Shown here: positions 28,644 through 41,361 of the stretch, in pieces | How the letters are laid out: the number at the start of each line of letters is the position of its first letter | How positions within the stretch are numbered: position 1 is the first letter of the stretch | NCBI GenBank assembly: GCA_964016885.1 | Contig: OZ024743.1 | Location: 22,816,001-22,880,000 of the forward strand | Source of the DNA: Eledone cirrhosa | Taxonomy: Eukaryota | Reading direction: 5' to 3' | DNA length: 64,000 nucleotides | Position numbers and translations under genes: made by a program | Notes under the pieces: generated by a model | The model's database searches: none | Told to the model about the DNA's origin: nothing | Seen by the model: the letters and a program-made list of their open reading frames with translations, nothing else

Positions 28644-28705
28644 ACCGATGTCCTGTAATTCAGCGCCGAAACATCGGTCCGGGAAACATTTACAGCTGAT
28701 GATGG
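28644..28705 (+). ncRNA. Candidate non-circularly permuted hammerhead ribozyme
   Basis: ACCGATG-TC-CTGTAA ... CC-GAAA-CATCGGT ... TTACAG-CTGATGA-tGG: 8-bp stem III, 6-bp stem I, GUC site and complete core, but in a strand order that fits none of types I-III. Confidence 0.65.
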
Positions 28706-28820
28706 AAACTCCTTTCTTCCTTTCTCCTCCTGTTCCGTCCTAACCACCATCCTAAACCTTGTTTTTAGTAACCACACAGCACCTTTCGTTTCATAACTTG
28801 TTGTATATATATATATATAT

Positions 28821-29976
28821 ATTAACGAGTTAAACAATATTCAATGAGTATATCAAAGAATGAGTTTTACAGTAGATTGGAAGCACTCTATGGAAAAATA
28901 ATTTTCCAGAGTTATTAATATTAAAATACAAATATTAATAAAATAGATGTTCTTTTTATCAATTACATTTTATTATACATATTTCGGATGTACAACAGTA
29001 CGTCCTCATCAGACAATATATAATGATATATGACATACCCTGAGATGTTAAATGGTTAAGATTTAATCAAGAGAAAGTTTAACATTTATACCCTAATAAT
29101 GAGAAAATGCGAAAACGTAATAAATTCAATAGAGAATGTGTGAGTAAGAAAAACGTTGCTTAATGTAACAGTTATAGAGATTTTAAAATGTATGATACTA
29201 CAATTTATCAGGGAAAGCGGTCAATGAGAGCCGCTGAGATAATATATATAGAGAGAGGGATATATGTAGATGAGATTTTCCGAAAGTTAAACGGTTAAGT
29301 TTGAAAATATTTAATTTATGCTATTTTAGGGTGAAGAATCAATAATTTAGGTTTTTTTTAAAACTTACTAAACTTACTTACGGTAAAACTTACATTTAGA
29401 AAAATATTCGACAGTGTAAACTTTATTTTCCGCTGGCCAGCTAAATCCTTTAAAAGTTATCATCATAAAATTCCGAAGTTTAGAAATGTTAAAACACTTA
29501 TTGAATTTACAAAACTAATAAATAACCTGCAATTTTAAAAAAAAAAACCCCCTAAAATATTGATTCTTCACCCTATTCTAAATATTTTCAAACTTAACCG
29601 TTTAACTTTCGGAAAATCTCCTTCTACATATATTCCCTCTCTCTATATATAATATCTCAGCGGCTCTCATTGACCTGATAAATTGTAGTATCATACATTT
29701 TAAAATCTCTATAAGCAATGTTTTTCTTGCTCACATTGAATTGAATTTTCTTACTCTATTGAATTTATTACGTTTTCGCGTTTTCTCATTATTAGGGTAT
29801 AAATGTTAAACTTTCTCTTAGGTTAATCACTACCTTGATTAAATCTTAACCATTTAACATTTCAGGGTATGTCATATATCATTATATTTTGTCTGATGAG
29901 GACGTACTGTTGTACATCCGAAATATGTATAATAAAATGTAATTGATAAAAAGAACATCTATTTTATTAATATTTG

Positions 29977-29981
<5 letters not shown>
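28821..29981 (-). mobile_element. Older long fold-back element (arms about 440 bp) with HHR in each arm
   Basis: Arms about 28923-29365 and 29533-29981 with indels; one-sided extension 28821-28922; (TA)n flanks. Confidence 0.85.
29884..29940 (+). ncRNA. Type I hammerhead ribozyme (mirror copy 28965-29021, minus)
   Basis: ATATTTTGT-CTGATGA-GGACGTAC(tgtt)GTACATCC-GAAA-TATGTA-TA-ATAAAATGT; canonical core. Confidence 0.88.
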
Positions 29982-30022
<41 letters not shown>

Positions 30023-30577
30023 CGACTAGTACAAGGATTTTATAGCGTTTCGATATTTCGTAAACTTCAGTATTACAGGGTCGATAAAATAAAGTGCCAG
30101 TAATGCACTGGGTAATTTGTGGCCTTGTGCCAAAAAGTAGAAACAAATATTGTTACCTTAGGAAAGAAAAAAAAGAAAGAAAGAATGAATGAAAGAAAGG
30201 AAGAAAGGAAGAGAGAGAAAAAGGGGAAGAGTTTGAGAGAGAGATGGGGGAGAGGGGGAGGGGGGGGCGAAAGAAGCAGTGGTGGAACGAGAAAGACAGG
30301 TATAGATGCAGAGAGAGAGAGAGGGGAAGAGTGGGTGAAATAGAGAAAGAACAAAAAATATAAGCAAATTAAGGGATGTGTTGAGCAAGTGTCAATTATT
30401 CCCGAGAAGTCTATTTTGTAAGCCGGTTTCGATTCTCAACTGGAGCTGTATGCTACTAATGACCTTTGAAAAATAAATTAATGTCACACCCTCCCAAATT
30501 CTTTTGTCAACAATTTAAGAGGAGCCTTTGTAGCAATTATTCACTTTGGTAATAGGAAGTGCTGATATATCTTCATA

Positions 30578-30915
30578 TAGTAGTAGTAGAAGTAGTGGTG
30601 GTGGTGGTGGTAGTAGTGGTGGTGGTGGTGGTGGTAGTGGTGGTGGTAGTAGTAGTCGTGGTGGTGGTGATGGTAGTGGTGGTGGGTGCGGCTGAGGGTG
30701 TTAGTAGTAGTGGTGGTGGTGGTGTGGTGGTGTGGTGGTGGTAGTAGTAGTGGTGGTGGTGGGGGCGTAAGTAGTAGTAGTAGTAGTAATAGTAGTAGTA
30801 GTAGTAGTAGTGGTAGTGGTGGTGGTGGTGTTGGTAGTAATAGTAGTAGTAGCAGTAGTAGTAGTAGCAGCAGTAGTTGTAGTAGTAGTAGTTGATGTTA
30901 TTGTTGTTATTGTTG
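30578..30915. repeat. Compound (GGT)n/(AGT)n trinucleotide tract
   Basis: Direct reading. Confidence 0.93.
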
Positions 30916-31126
30916 CTGTAAACTTTCACAGCCCTACCCTTATTCCCCATTGAAACTATTCCACTCTGTGACCCTAACTAATCCCCCTCTGTATGAACGT
31001 CTAATAAATCCTATACTGCCCCCTTTCTCGGCCAACTTGAATCCATGCGTCCATGTAAGAAACTATATATTTTATTGAGTATATAATATGTTAACAACTG
31101 TGTGATATATTATTTATACCACCAAG

Positions 31127-31338
31127 GACGGTGGATTGGCAGTATCCGTAGAGTCGGACACCATGCTTTGCAGCATAGAGTTACGGCCCTTTATGATCTG
31201 AGTTCAAACCCCGCCGAGGTTAACTTTACCTTTTATCCTTACTGGGTCGATAAAATAAAGTACCAGTCATGCACTGGGTCGATTTAATCGACTTTCCCCT
31301 CCCCCCAAATTACTGGCCTTGTGCCTATACTAGAAACC
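31127..31338 (+). mobile_element. tRNA-derived SINE, longer subfamily, 18-bp TSD
   Basis: TSD ATTATTTATACC(A/C)CCAAG at 31109-31126 and 31339-31356. Carries an extra GTCGATTTAATCGACTTTCCCCTCCCCCC segment. Confidence 0.9.
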
Positions 31339-34003
31339 ATTATTTATACCCCCAAGTTGAATACATTAATGCTCTCTTCTTTCACTTTTTCTCTACTCTC
31401 ATTTTTTGTTTCTCTCGCCCTCTCTGTGCTAGCCTTAATGTTTTCCCTTATATGTTCATCATACACCGTTCTCGAGAACTATATTACTGTTACAACATCA
31501 TCAACAGACTACCACTAACACTACTGCCACTACTCCCACATCACTACACCACAACATACCATCACCAGCAACACACTACCACCATCTCCTGCTACTACTG
31601 ACAACCCACCGCCATAGTTACTTGCATTACAGCCTTCCTCGACTAATACTCTAACAGCTGTTACAAAAAAAAAACAAAAAAAAACTAAAATAGAAAAACA
31701 TCAGCAGCAATTATAAATAATAACAACAACAGCTAGAGTAAAAACAAAACCAAAAAAAAAACATCAGTATGCGATGTACGGATACCACCTACTGACTTGC
31801 TAGATTTATCTCCCTCTTAAATTTTTCGCTTTCCTCCACCTGGCTGTCTTTCTACTTCATTCACCCAATTTCTTTTTCTCTCCCCTTCTATCTATCGTTA
31901 TCAAACTCTCTCTATCACTCACTTATCCTCTCACTCTCTCCCCGTCTTTCCCTCTCTGTCTATCTCTATCAGTCTATCTACTCCTCTTTCCCATCATCTC
32001 TCACTATTTTGCTATCTGTTGATGACTTCTATCACAAGTTTACGTTTTGCTTTAGCTGGCATCTATTTTCCCTCTAACCAGGTGTTATTTAACACATTGC
32101 ATACAATACTAGCTGGTGCCTTAACCACTGCAAGTAAAATGATTTAAGACATAATGTTAAATGTGAAATTATTGTTGAAACATTCACTTTTCTTTCTCGT
32201 CCATCCACTGGGTCAGAAATTACAACTATATTAAATAAAACATATTTTTGTTATTTATTAGATATTGGCAGAATTGCGGACAAAATGCTTTGCGATATTT
32301 GGTTACCACTTCCTATCTTCTGAGTTCATATCCCACCGAGGCCAACAGTGCCTTTCATGTGGTGATGAAATAAAGTACTACTACAATATTAGGGTCGATA
32401 TAAACAATTTTCCCTTCCTTAAAAATTGCCGGCCTTGTGCCAATGTTAGAAATCATTATTTATTTGATACTGATTAGTTCTGAACAGTATGGGTTTAGTG
32501 TGTAGGCTTAGCCGTGTGGTTACTTCAGTATGAATCTATTTGAAAATCCGCTTCATCTTACGACCACTGGCGCCATTCCGCACACTTTTTCTGTTGTAGT
32601 GCACCTGAGCACTGTAGATAATAATTTCCATTATCATTTTTTATCTTGTCTCTGATTACATATATAGCTTAGAAATATATAAGCAAATTATGTTTTTCCT
32701 AGCGTACCCGTGTCGTCAATTATCACAATAGTTTTATTATTTTATAAAATGTATTTCAGTAGGAAAAGCAGTTCCTTTTTGTGAAAGGTTTACTGTATTG
32801 CGTGGTTTAACCTGTCACTGCGACTGTTTTCATACAACTTACTTTAATTCTTTCTCACATATAATTTGCTTGCTTGCTACTTCTATTTAGCATTTGATAT
32901 CCTCCTCCTTTCGGAGTATCTCTTTAGTGCGAAGGCGAACAAAACCACTAAGCTCATTATTATATATAAAGAGAAACAATTATATATAAAGTACATTTTT
33001 TAAAAACTGTTATCGGGGGAAAATGCAATTAGAAACGATTTAGTTTGTCGGATAGATGCATAAATAATATGGTAATTAAATAATTGAATATCTAAAAACA
33101 ATCTTAGGTGTCTGCATATTTTTAATTGCGCGCTTGAATGTGAATATGTATACATGAATGTGGGTGTGCATTTTTGAACATTACCATGAAGAAAAGGAAA
33201 GAACACCGGACCAGAAAATATCGAAATAAAAACCTTTATTGATTCCTAAACATTGACCCTAAATCACAAATTATATTTATTCTTAAGAGACCAATGTAAA
33301 CAATTGTATCAATTACAATACCTAATAAGCTCTTATTTTACAGCCAAAACTATCAAAGACAATGCTGATCCTGATATCTTAGAATATTCTTAACTCAGAA
33401 AATTCATAAGCAGAATCAAATAGTCAATCTAATGATCTCTCGTTTAACCTCTCCAGCCATCCAATATTTTATCAACAATATTATGCCTCATTTTAATTGT
33501 CTGGGATTCTTATTCGAAATTGCTAAGCGTCTCTTATATCTAAAGTGACTGCCTAATACGTAATTTGACATTTCTAAGCTTGTAATGCATTTTCTACCTA
33601 CCATTTCTAGGATAAACATTTTATATGGCGTAAGACGATTGGTGATAGAGAACTAAAGTGGCAACATGACCCTATACCATTTTAGGTTTTCCATAACATA
33701 CTGCAATTTTTTTTCTCCTAGTAATTACTTAATTTCACACACACAGTTATTATATAAATACGCACGCGCACATACACATATATACATAGATATATAACAA
33801 AGAGGTTGTGGTAAGATATCGGGTGGACCATAACGTACCAGAGTACTCAATACTTAGGGTAGTAGAGTGGGTAATAGGATCCAGCTGTCGAAACAGCCGG
33901 AGCTCAGCCGTCAGGGTCCTGAGTCTTTTCCTATTACATAGATATAGATGCATGTATGTACATATATACACTCTTATATAAGTGCGCATATATATATATA
34001 TAC

Positions 34004-34037
<34 letters not shown>

Positions 34038-34250
34038 CTGTGTTTGTATATAGTTGAAATGAAGGAACAAAACACGAAGGAGGCAAATATATATATATAT
34101 CAAGATAAAATTAGAAATATATTTCTCGCCCTAGCACAGTGATACATACATGTATATGCATATGCATATATACACATACACATATACATACACACACATA
34201 CACATATATGTGTATATCGTCATCCGTTTGTTCAATACTGGCATTGAGGA

Positions 34251-34293
34251 ACAATCAACCTGTTTCTGGGGCATTACCCTTCATCAGGACTGT
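34251..34293 (-). ncRNA. Minimal type I hammerhead ribozyme
   Basis: Minus strand: ACAGTC-CTGATGA-aGGG(taatg)CCCca-GAAA-CAGG-TT-GATTGT; 6-bp stem I, imperfect base of stem II. Confidence 0.65.
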
Positions 34294-35057
34294 ATACCTC
34301 TTCCAATCTGTTGAACGGCTGAAAATATATAGTATTTTCTAAAGTACACATCGACTGAGTTGTCTCATTTGCATACCGAGCGAGTTATGGCTGACCGTGC
34401 CGAAAGCTATATATATATATATATATATATACATTAAACTTAAGACAAAATCTCGATTCGTAGGGATATGAGTTAAACTGGCTTATTTTAGTTGGTCTAA
34501 CATATCCCACCAAATTGAGATTTTGGCTAAAGTTTGATACGTTTAGTGGCACCCCTGAATATTTTATCTTTATATTTTATCTTTTCATCGAGATATCGAA
34601 TATTAGAGGGAAATAACATTCTAACTGATATGGGCTACTCCTTCATTGTTCAGTAGATGTAGACGGGGTTTGAGGTACTATTTCTATCATCATTATAAGC
34701 CTGTTGTATTGTGTTGTTTGTGAATATGTTTAATAAGTAAAAGCCATTCTGTTCTATATAGAGGTGACAGGCAATCATTTCAATATATATATTTATATTT
34801 ATACATATTCTTCATCGAATCCATCAAACTAGCGATACTGTCAGTTTCATTTAGACTCTATCAATAAATTATATTATCGATAAAGTACACTTGTAGAGTG
34901 CAGAATAGATAGTTGCAATGAACGGAAATGTATACAAAGCCAATGAGCTGATTCATAAATCGAATGTTGATTTTGGAATATGAAGGCTATATTCTATGAA
35001 GAATAAATATAACTATATTTTCATAATTATGTTAACTGCTCATAACTCTCTCTCTTC

Positions 35058-35155
<98 letters not shown>

Positions 35156-35239
35156 TTCTCTCTCCTTTCTATATATCTATCTTTCTCTCTCCTTTCTATA
35201 TATATATATATATATATATATATCTTTCTCTCTCCTTTC

Positions 35240-35273
<34 letters not shown>

Positions 35274-35279
35274 CATGTG

Positions 35280-35322
<43 letters not shown>

Positions 35323-36013
35323 AGTGATTGCGTGCATATATGCACGTATCAATGCAGTTGTGTATTTCAGGTGTTGCAGTGGCATGTACATACAGTGTAA
35401 ACATATTTCTTCTGGTATGCTATGAAGATAACATTCTAGGCCTAAGTTCTGTTAGTTTCACTTCATTAAGACAGCACTCTTACTGTAGATACTGATGCTA
35501 ACTAGAAAAGCTAAAGTGTTGTGGCTCATAGCACTCCCTCATAGTACTGTAAATAGACAGCGACAGCAGAGTATTGAAATTCCATTGCAGTACCTTACAC
35601 ATGTGCTGATGGTGAACCACACAACATATGAAATATTAATAGCAACATTATCATAATTACCATGATTCTCTTTATCATCTTCATGATGATTATAATCATC
35701 CCCCCACCTTCATCATCATCATCATCATCATTGCTATTTACTTCATTGGTATTTTTTCTAACTTGTTTTTTTTTCCGCGTGTGCTATTTATCTATCTTGT
35801 GGTGTACTTTTACTGTTACAAGTTGGAGAGAATTAGATTTCATAATAATTTTCATTTCGCCTCTAAAGATTGTACATTATATTAACTAATGTACATTTAT
35901 GCTGTATGAGGCGTGATCCTAATCCCCGAACTTAGTAGCTACATCTGCATCACCAATGTACATGAAACATATCTGATCCTCAAACAAAACACACAGACGC
36001 ACACATATGTGTG

Positions 36014-36085
<72 letters not shown>

Positions 36086-36221
36086 AAAAGAGTCAGGACC
36101 CCGACGGCTGAGCACCGGCCGTTTTTACAACTAGATCCGATCTAAACCCACTCTACTACCCTAAGTATTGAGTACTCTGGTACGTTATGGTTCACCTGGT
36201 TCCTTACCACACTTTCTTTGT

Positions 36222-36252
<31 letters not shown>

Positions 36253-36584
36253 GTGTGTGTGTGTTTGTGTCTGTATGTGTGTGTGCGTGTCCACGTGCTA
36301 TATGTTTATATACTGTAAGTTAGCAGTTTAACAAATAGCAATCGGTAAAATAATCACCAGCCCGTTGGACTAAGTACTGGCGATTGATTAACACCCTTCA
36401 CGGTGGTATCCTATAATGCCCCCAGTCAAGTGAATTAATATATATAAACACCCACAGACGTTAGTGTTTCTGAAATCCAATTGGTTTACATTTTTCCTGG
36501 TTTCAGCGTGATAAGAAGATACTCCTCTAATGCTACCCTCGCGAGCAAAACCACATTCAGTATTACAAACTTGCAAAACACCAA

Positions 36585-36775
36585 GGTGGTGGATTGGCAG
36601 TATCAGTAGAGGGTCGGATGCCATGCTTTCCAGCATAGAATTACGTCCCTTTACGGTCTGAGTTCAAATCCTGCTGAGGTTAACTTTGCCTTTCATCTTT
36701 ACAGGGACGATAAAATAAAGTACCAGTAATGCACTGGGATAATTGCTGGCCTTGTGCCAAAATATAGAACAATAT
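36585..36775 (+). mobile_element. tRNA-derived SINE
   Basis: Full-length match to the 1011-1196 family. Confidence 0.88.
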
Positions 36776-36989
36776 TACAAGGCCCTCTCTGCTTACGCAG
36801 TGTCGTACCTATTTACAGCCAAATGACTTGAACAATGCAAGAGATATTGTTATTGTTATCGTTGTTGTTCGTGATGGTGCTAGTGCTGCTGCTGTTGATT
36901 ATGAGAGTAGATATGACAGTGAAAATGGTGATGACGAAGACGGGGCAGCAGACAATATTGTTGCTGTTGCTGCTGTTGCTACAGCCAAC

Positions 36990-37012
36990 GATTGTGATGA
37001 TGGTGATGATGG

Positions 37013-37043
<31 letters not shown>

Positions 37044-37850
37044 CATCATCATCATCATCATCATCATGACCATCATCATGTGGAAGAGAAGGAGGGCGTA
37101 TGGTAGTGGTGATTGTAATGGTTTTGACCATGATGTCAAACACTGAATCAGTTGAAATCTTAGTTCACCATTGGGGATTGAATTAATCTTTCCTATAGTT
37201 TGTTTGTCATAATCGTTTGGTATTTATTTTGCTTTATGTCAGCAACAGCTCAACCCCGCCCCCGTTTCACGATCTTTCTCGTTCTGACATTCAGGATTTT
37301 GTTTGCAATTACTGATGAAATAATATAATTGAGCCAAATATCAAATATCAACAGAATAGTATGATCGACAGATTTCTCACAAAGTATATATCAATGGCCG
37401 ACATACAGATACATACAAAGATAGAGAAAAAAAGAACAAAACAAAGAACATCTACAACGATGGTGATGATGATGGTGATGATGCTGTCGACTATGATAAT
37501 GATGAGGATGATATCGTTGATGATGATGATGATGATGATGATGATTATGAGGGGGTTGGTGAGGAGGAGGACGAAGATGGGAGGGTGAGGTGGAGGATGA
37601 GGCGGAAGGAGAGGGAGGGAGGGGAGAAGGAGTAGGAGGAGGATCGATGAAAAAATAGGCAATGATAATGATGATCATGATGATGAAAAAGGCAATGATA
37701 ATGAACAATAATGATGATGAGGGCGATGATAATGATGACAACGGTGATGACGTCGGTGACGATGATCATAATGTCGATCATTATGTTGACAATGATGATG
37801 ATCTCGATGATGAGGTCGATGATGAGGTTGATGATGATGCTGATGATGAT
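36990..37850. repeat. (GAT)n/(CAT)n-rich low-complexity region
   Basis: GAT tract switching to CAT near 37043; degenerate GAT/GAG tracts at 37455-37850. Confidence 0.85.
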
Positions 37851-38098
37851 ATTTACAGCACTAATAATATTGACAAAAAATACAAACATCTGGGGAATAA
37901 ACAAAGATAATGATTATTGAATAGTCTCCAGTGATTCTGAAAGTGTTTGAACAGTAACGATACAAATATCATCCGCCTTTCCCATTGATTTATTTCCTCT
38001 GATAGATATTTTTATAAGTTTGTTGATTTGTTAAAGCTATTGCTTATTTGTTGTTTTTCCGCTTCAGATTTGATTCGTATATATATATATATATATAT

Positions 38099-38323
38099 AT
38101 AGGAACAAGTAAGACCCCGACGGCTGAGCTCAAGCCGTTTCGACGGCTAATTCTGTACTGAATGAGGAATTAATTCTTCATTCAGTACAGAATTAGCCGT
38201 CGAAACGGCTTGAGCTCAGCCGTCGGGGTCTTACTTGTTCCTATTACCCACTCTACTACCCTAAGTATTGAGTACTTTGGTGCGTTATGGTCCACCTGGT
38301 TCCTTACCACATTTCCTTCGTTA
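38099..38323 (+). mobile_element. Short fold-back copy of the abundant HHR family
   Basis: Hairpin 38099-38244 centred at 38171/38172 with 1 mismatch; tail 38245-38323 joined to (TA)n. Confidence 0.87.
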
Positions 38324-38376
38324 TATATATATATATAGATGAGATTCTACAGAACTAAAACTGTTTCATTCTTTAG

Positions 38377-38464
<88 letters not shown>

Positions 38465-38465
<1 letters not shown>

Positions 38466-38969
38466 AGGAGGTGAGTTTTATTGTAGCAACAATAAAGCAA
38501 TGCAAACATCGGATAAATAGCACTCCACAGTTTATAGGACTGGAGTATAAATAATATAAGATCAAAAGATGGTTAAAAGAGTTCCAAGTATTTTATTATG
38601 CGCATTTCAAAAATAAATATCATCATCGGATGATATTTGCGTTCTCATCAGATAAAATAGGGAAATATGATATGAAGTTTAAAAACACTTGTGAGCAGTG
38701 AAGTTTTAAATCAATATATGTTGATTTAAAACTTCACTGCTCACAAGTGTTTTTAAACTTCATATCATATTTCCCTATTTTATCTGATGAGAACGCAAAT
38801 ATCATCCGATGATGATATTTATTTTTGAAATGCGCATAATAAAATACTTGGAACTCTTTTAACCATCTTTTGATCTTATATTATTTATACTCCAGTCCTA
38901 TAAACTGTGGAGTGCTATTTATCCGATGTTTGCATTGCTTTATTGTTGCTACAATAAAACTCACCTCCT

Positions 38970-38970
<1 letters not shown>
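38465..38970. mobile_element. Near-perfect palindrome (2 x 253 bp) carrying two outward-facing hammerheads
   Basis: Centre TCAATAT|ATGTTGA at 38717/38718. The identical peptide MILYYLYSSPINCG.. appears on both strands in the ORF track. Confidence 0.9.
38776..38846 (+). ncRNA. Type I hammerhead ribozyme (mirror copy 38589-38659, minus)
   Basis: TATTTTAT-CTGATGA-..AAATATCATC(cgat)GATGATATTT..-GAAA-TGCGCA-TA-ATAAAATA; predicted cut after A38838. Confidence 0.88.
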
Positions 38971-39052
<82 letters not shown>

Positions 39053-40238
39053 CATTTTATCAAGGCAACAGTGAGTCTTGTTATTCTGGAGTTTCGCCTG
39101 CTTATCACGGTCATCAAGAAGAAGAAGAAGACAGGTATATATAAGAAAGGTGTTGTGTCAATGAAAGAGCTTTCGTATGGTCACTTGTTCTGCTAGTCTC
39201 CCGATTAGAAACATATCTGTATTAGATCAGATCGGCGTCTTTATTCTGCTAGGAGATTATCTTGCATTTGCATAATACTACGGAAAATGGAGATACAAAG
39301 TTGATGTAGGATTCATACTAGAATAAACTGACAGCTTCTACAACAATACACCAAAACTCTCAAGAGCCTGCTATTTAGGTCATAAGCTGACAACATTTAC
39401 CATGAATCTGACAAAGCTTTTGACAAGGTAAACCCTGGAAAGTTAGGACAAAAACCGAGAAACGTTGACAAAAAGAATGCGGTGATCGGTTTTAGCTTTT
39501 GTGCCTAAAACAAACAAAAGAGATAAAGAACACAAATTCAATACGTATTGAGGATCGAAGATATTTACAGACATTGTATATTTGCCAAATGATTCTAAAC
39601 ATTTAATTAATGGAAATATAACGTATTCCCATATTGCACACATATACGCATTCAATAAACTGATACTTTGGTTTCTATTTAAAATTAATGTTCATTTGGT
39701 GATAATTCCTTTACTTTACCTCTCATAAATTTCCTGTGTTCTTTCTTTTGTGTTAAAATTTAATTCAAATCGTTGTTTATGTATACGATCGAAAACCGTG
39801 TCTCAATTAATTAATTAAAGTTCCAACATACGTTAATGACCATTTATCAGCTGCTAACGTTTAGCTAGAAGATGCCAGCAGATAATTATATTGCAGCTTC
39901 AAACATTCAAAATAGTTTGATCCTATATTTCTTCCTGTAAAACAACATTTTAGTAAGAACTTTGAGCATTTTCACAGAGGAGTATTCCATAAAGCAAACA
40001 TAGCAGTTTAATCATTGAATTTATAAACAGCTGGTGTCAGTTGTGCTATGATATAAGGAGGGAATATTTTTCTATATATGTTATTTGCTTAATGTTTTAT
40101 TCCTCTACTGGTTTCAGTCACTAAACTGCAGCCATACTTGGGGCACCAGCTTTAAGGTGTTTAATTGATAGTATCGATACCAGTACTTTTTTCAAATTTG
40201 GTACTTATTTTATCGATCTCCTTTTGCACACGCACACA

Positions 40239-40272
<34 letters not shown>

Positions 40273-41179
40273 GGGGGGGGTATGTGTGTGTGTTCTTATT
40301 TCCTGTGGGAGCGCATTACACTTAATTCTTTAGAATAATTAACTTGGAACCTTCAGATTTCACTGGATCCGACTTCGTCTTGCGTCTATGCTGTGTCAAT
40401 AAAATGAAGAATAGTGCTGCATTGTAGCCCATTCAATCCACTAAATAACTTTTGGATACATTAGTGGGCTTGTACCAATATAAGAAATCTTATTTTACAA
40501 GTATTTGATCATTTCTTTGAAGCTCTAGAGTAGTTGTATGTTATTTTTGTGTGTGTGTCATTAATGAGCTATTTGATTAAGATATATTTTGTTGAAGTGT
40601 TTAGTAGAGAATAGATATATTTATATTAGAAAGAATTCTGTGCTATAGAAGATAAACTCCAGATGATCAGATTCCGTGACCTGGTTTCAACTCTGAGTTT
40701 TAATTATTTTAGAACAAGTGCAAGTGAACTTCATAATTATCGGATCGTAAAGCCATCTCGTTATCGATTCTAAGTAATCAGAGAAGGAAAGTGTTATGGC
40801 CTTACACCGTCAATTCTATCACTCTCTTCCAGGTTTAATTACTAATATATGTGGAATCATAACAAAATGAAGGAAACCACAGGGAATAACGAAGGGAAGT
40901 TTGAGAATATTTATTAACCATTTCTCAAAGATTTAATTGAACAAATAATTCTTTTTAATTTAGGAACAATTCCAGCAATGGTGGGTGATAGATAAGTTCA
41001 TTAAATCGACACCAGTTCTTTACTGGTACTATATTTTATCTACCCTGGAAAGATTAAAGGTATAGTTTACCTCGACAGTATTTGAATTCAGGATTTAAAG
41101 AACAGAACAGATGCTATGTAAATTTACGTCCAACACTCCAAAGATTTTGCCAATCACCGCCTTTAATTAATCAAATAAT

Positions 41180-41361
41180 TGTTTCTACTTTTGGCACAAG
41201 GCCAGCAATTACTCAGTGCATTACTGGTACTTTATTTTATCGACCTCGTAAGGATGAAAGGCAAAGTTAGCCTCGGAGGGATTTGAACTCAGAATGGCTA
41301 GGGTCGTAACTCTATGCGTCAAAGCATGGTGTCCGACCCTCTACCGATACTGCCAATCCAC
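41180..41361 (-). mobile_element. tRNA-derived SINE with TSD
   Basis: TCAAATAAT at 41171-41179 and 41362-41370. Confidence 0.88.

Noticed and set aside
39392-39445. IYHESDKAFDKVN, a CR1/Jockey-like RT trace
   Set aside because: Too short and isolated to define an element.
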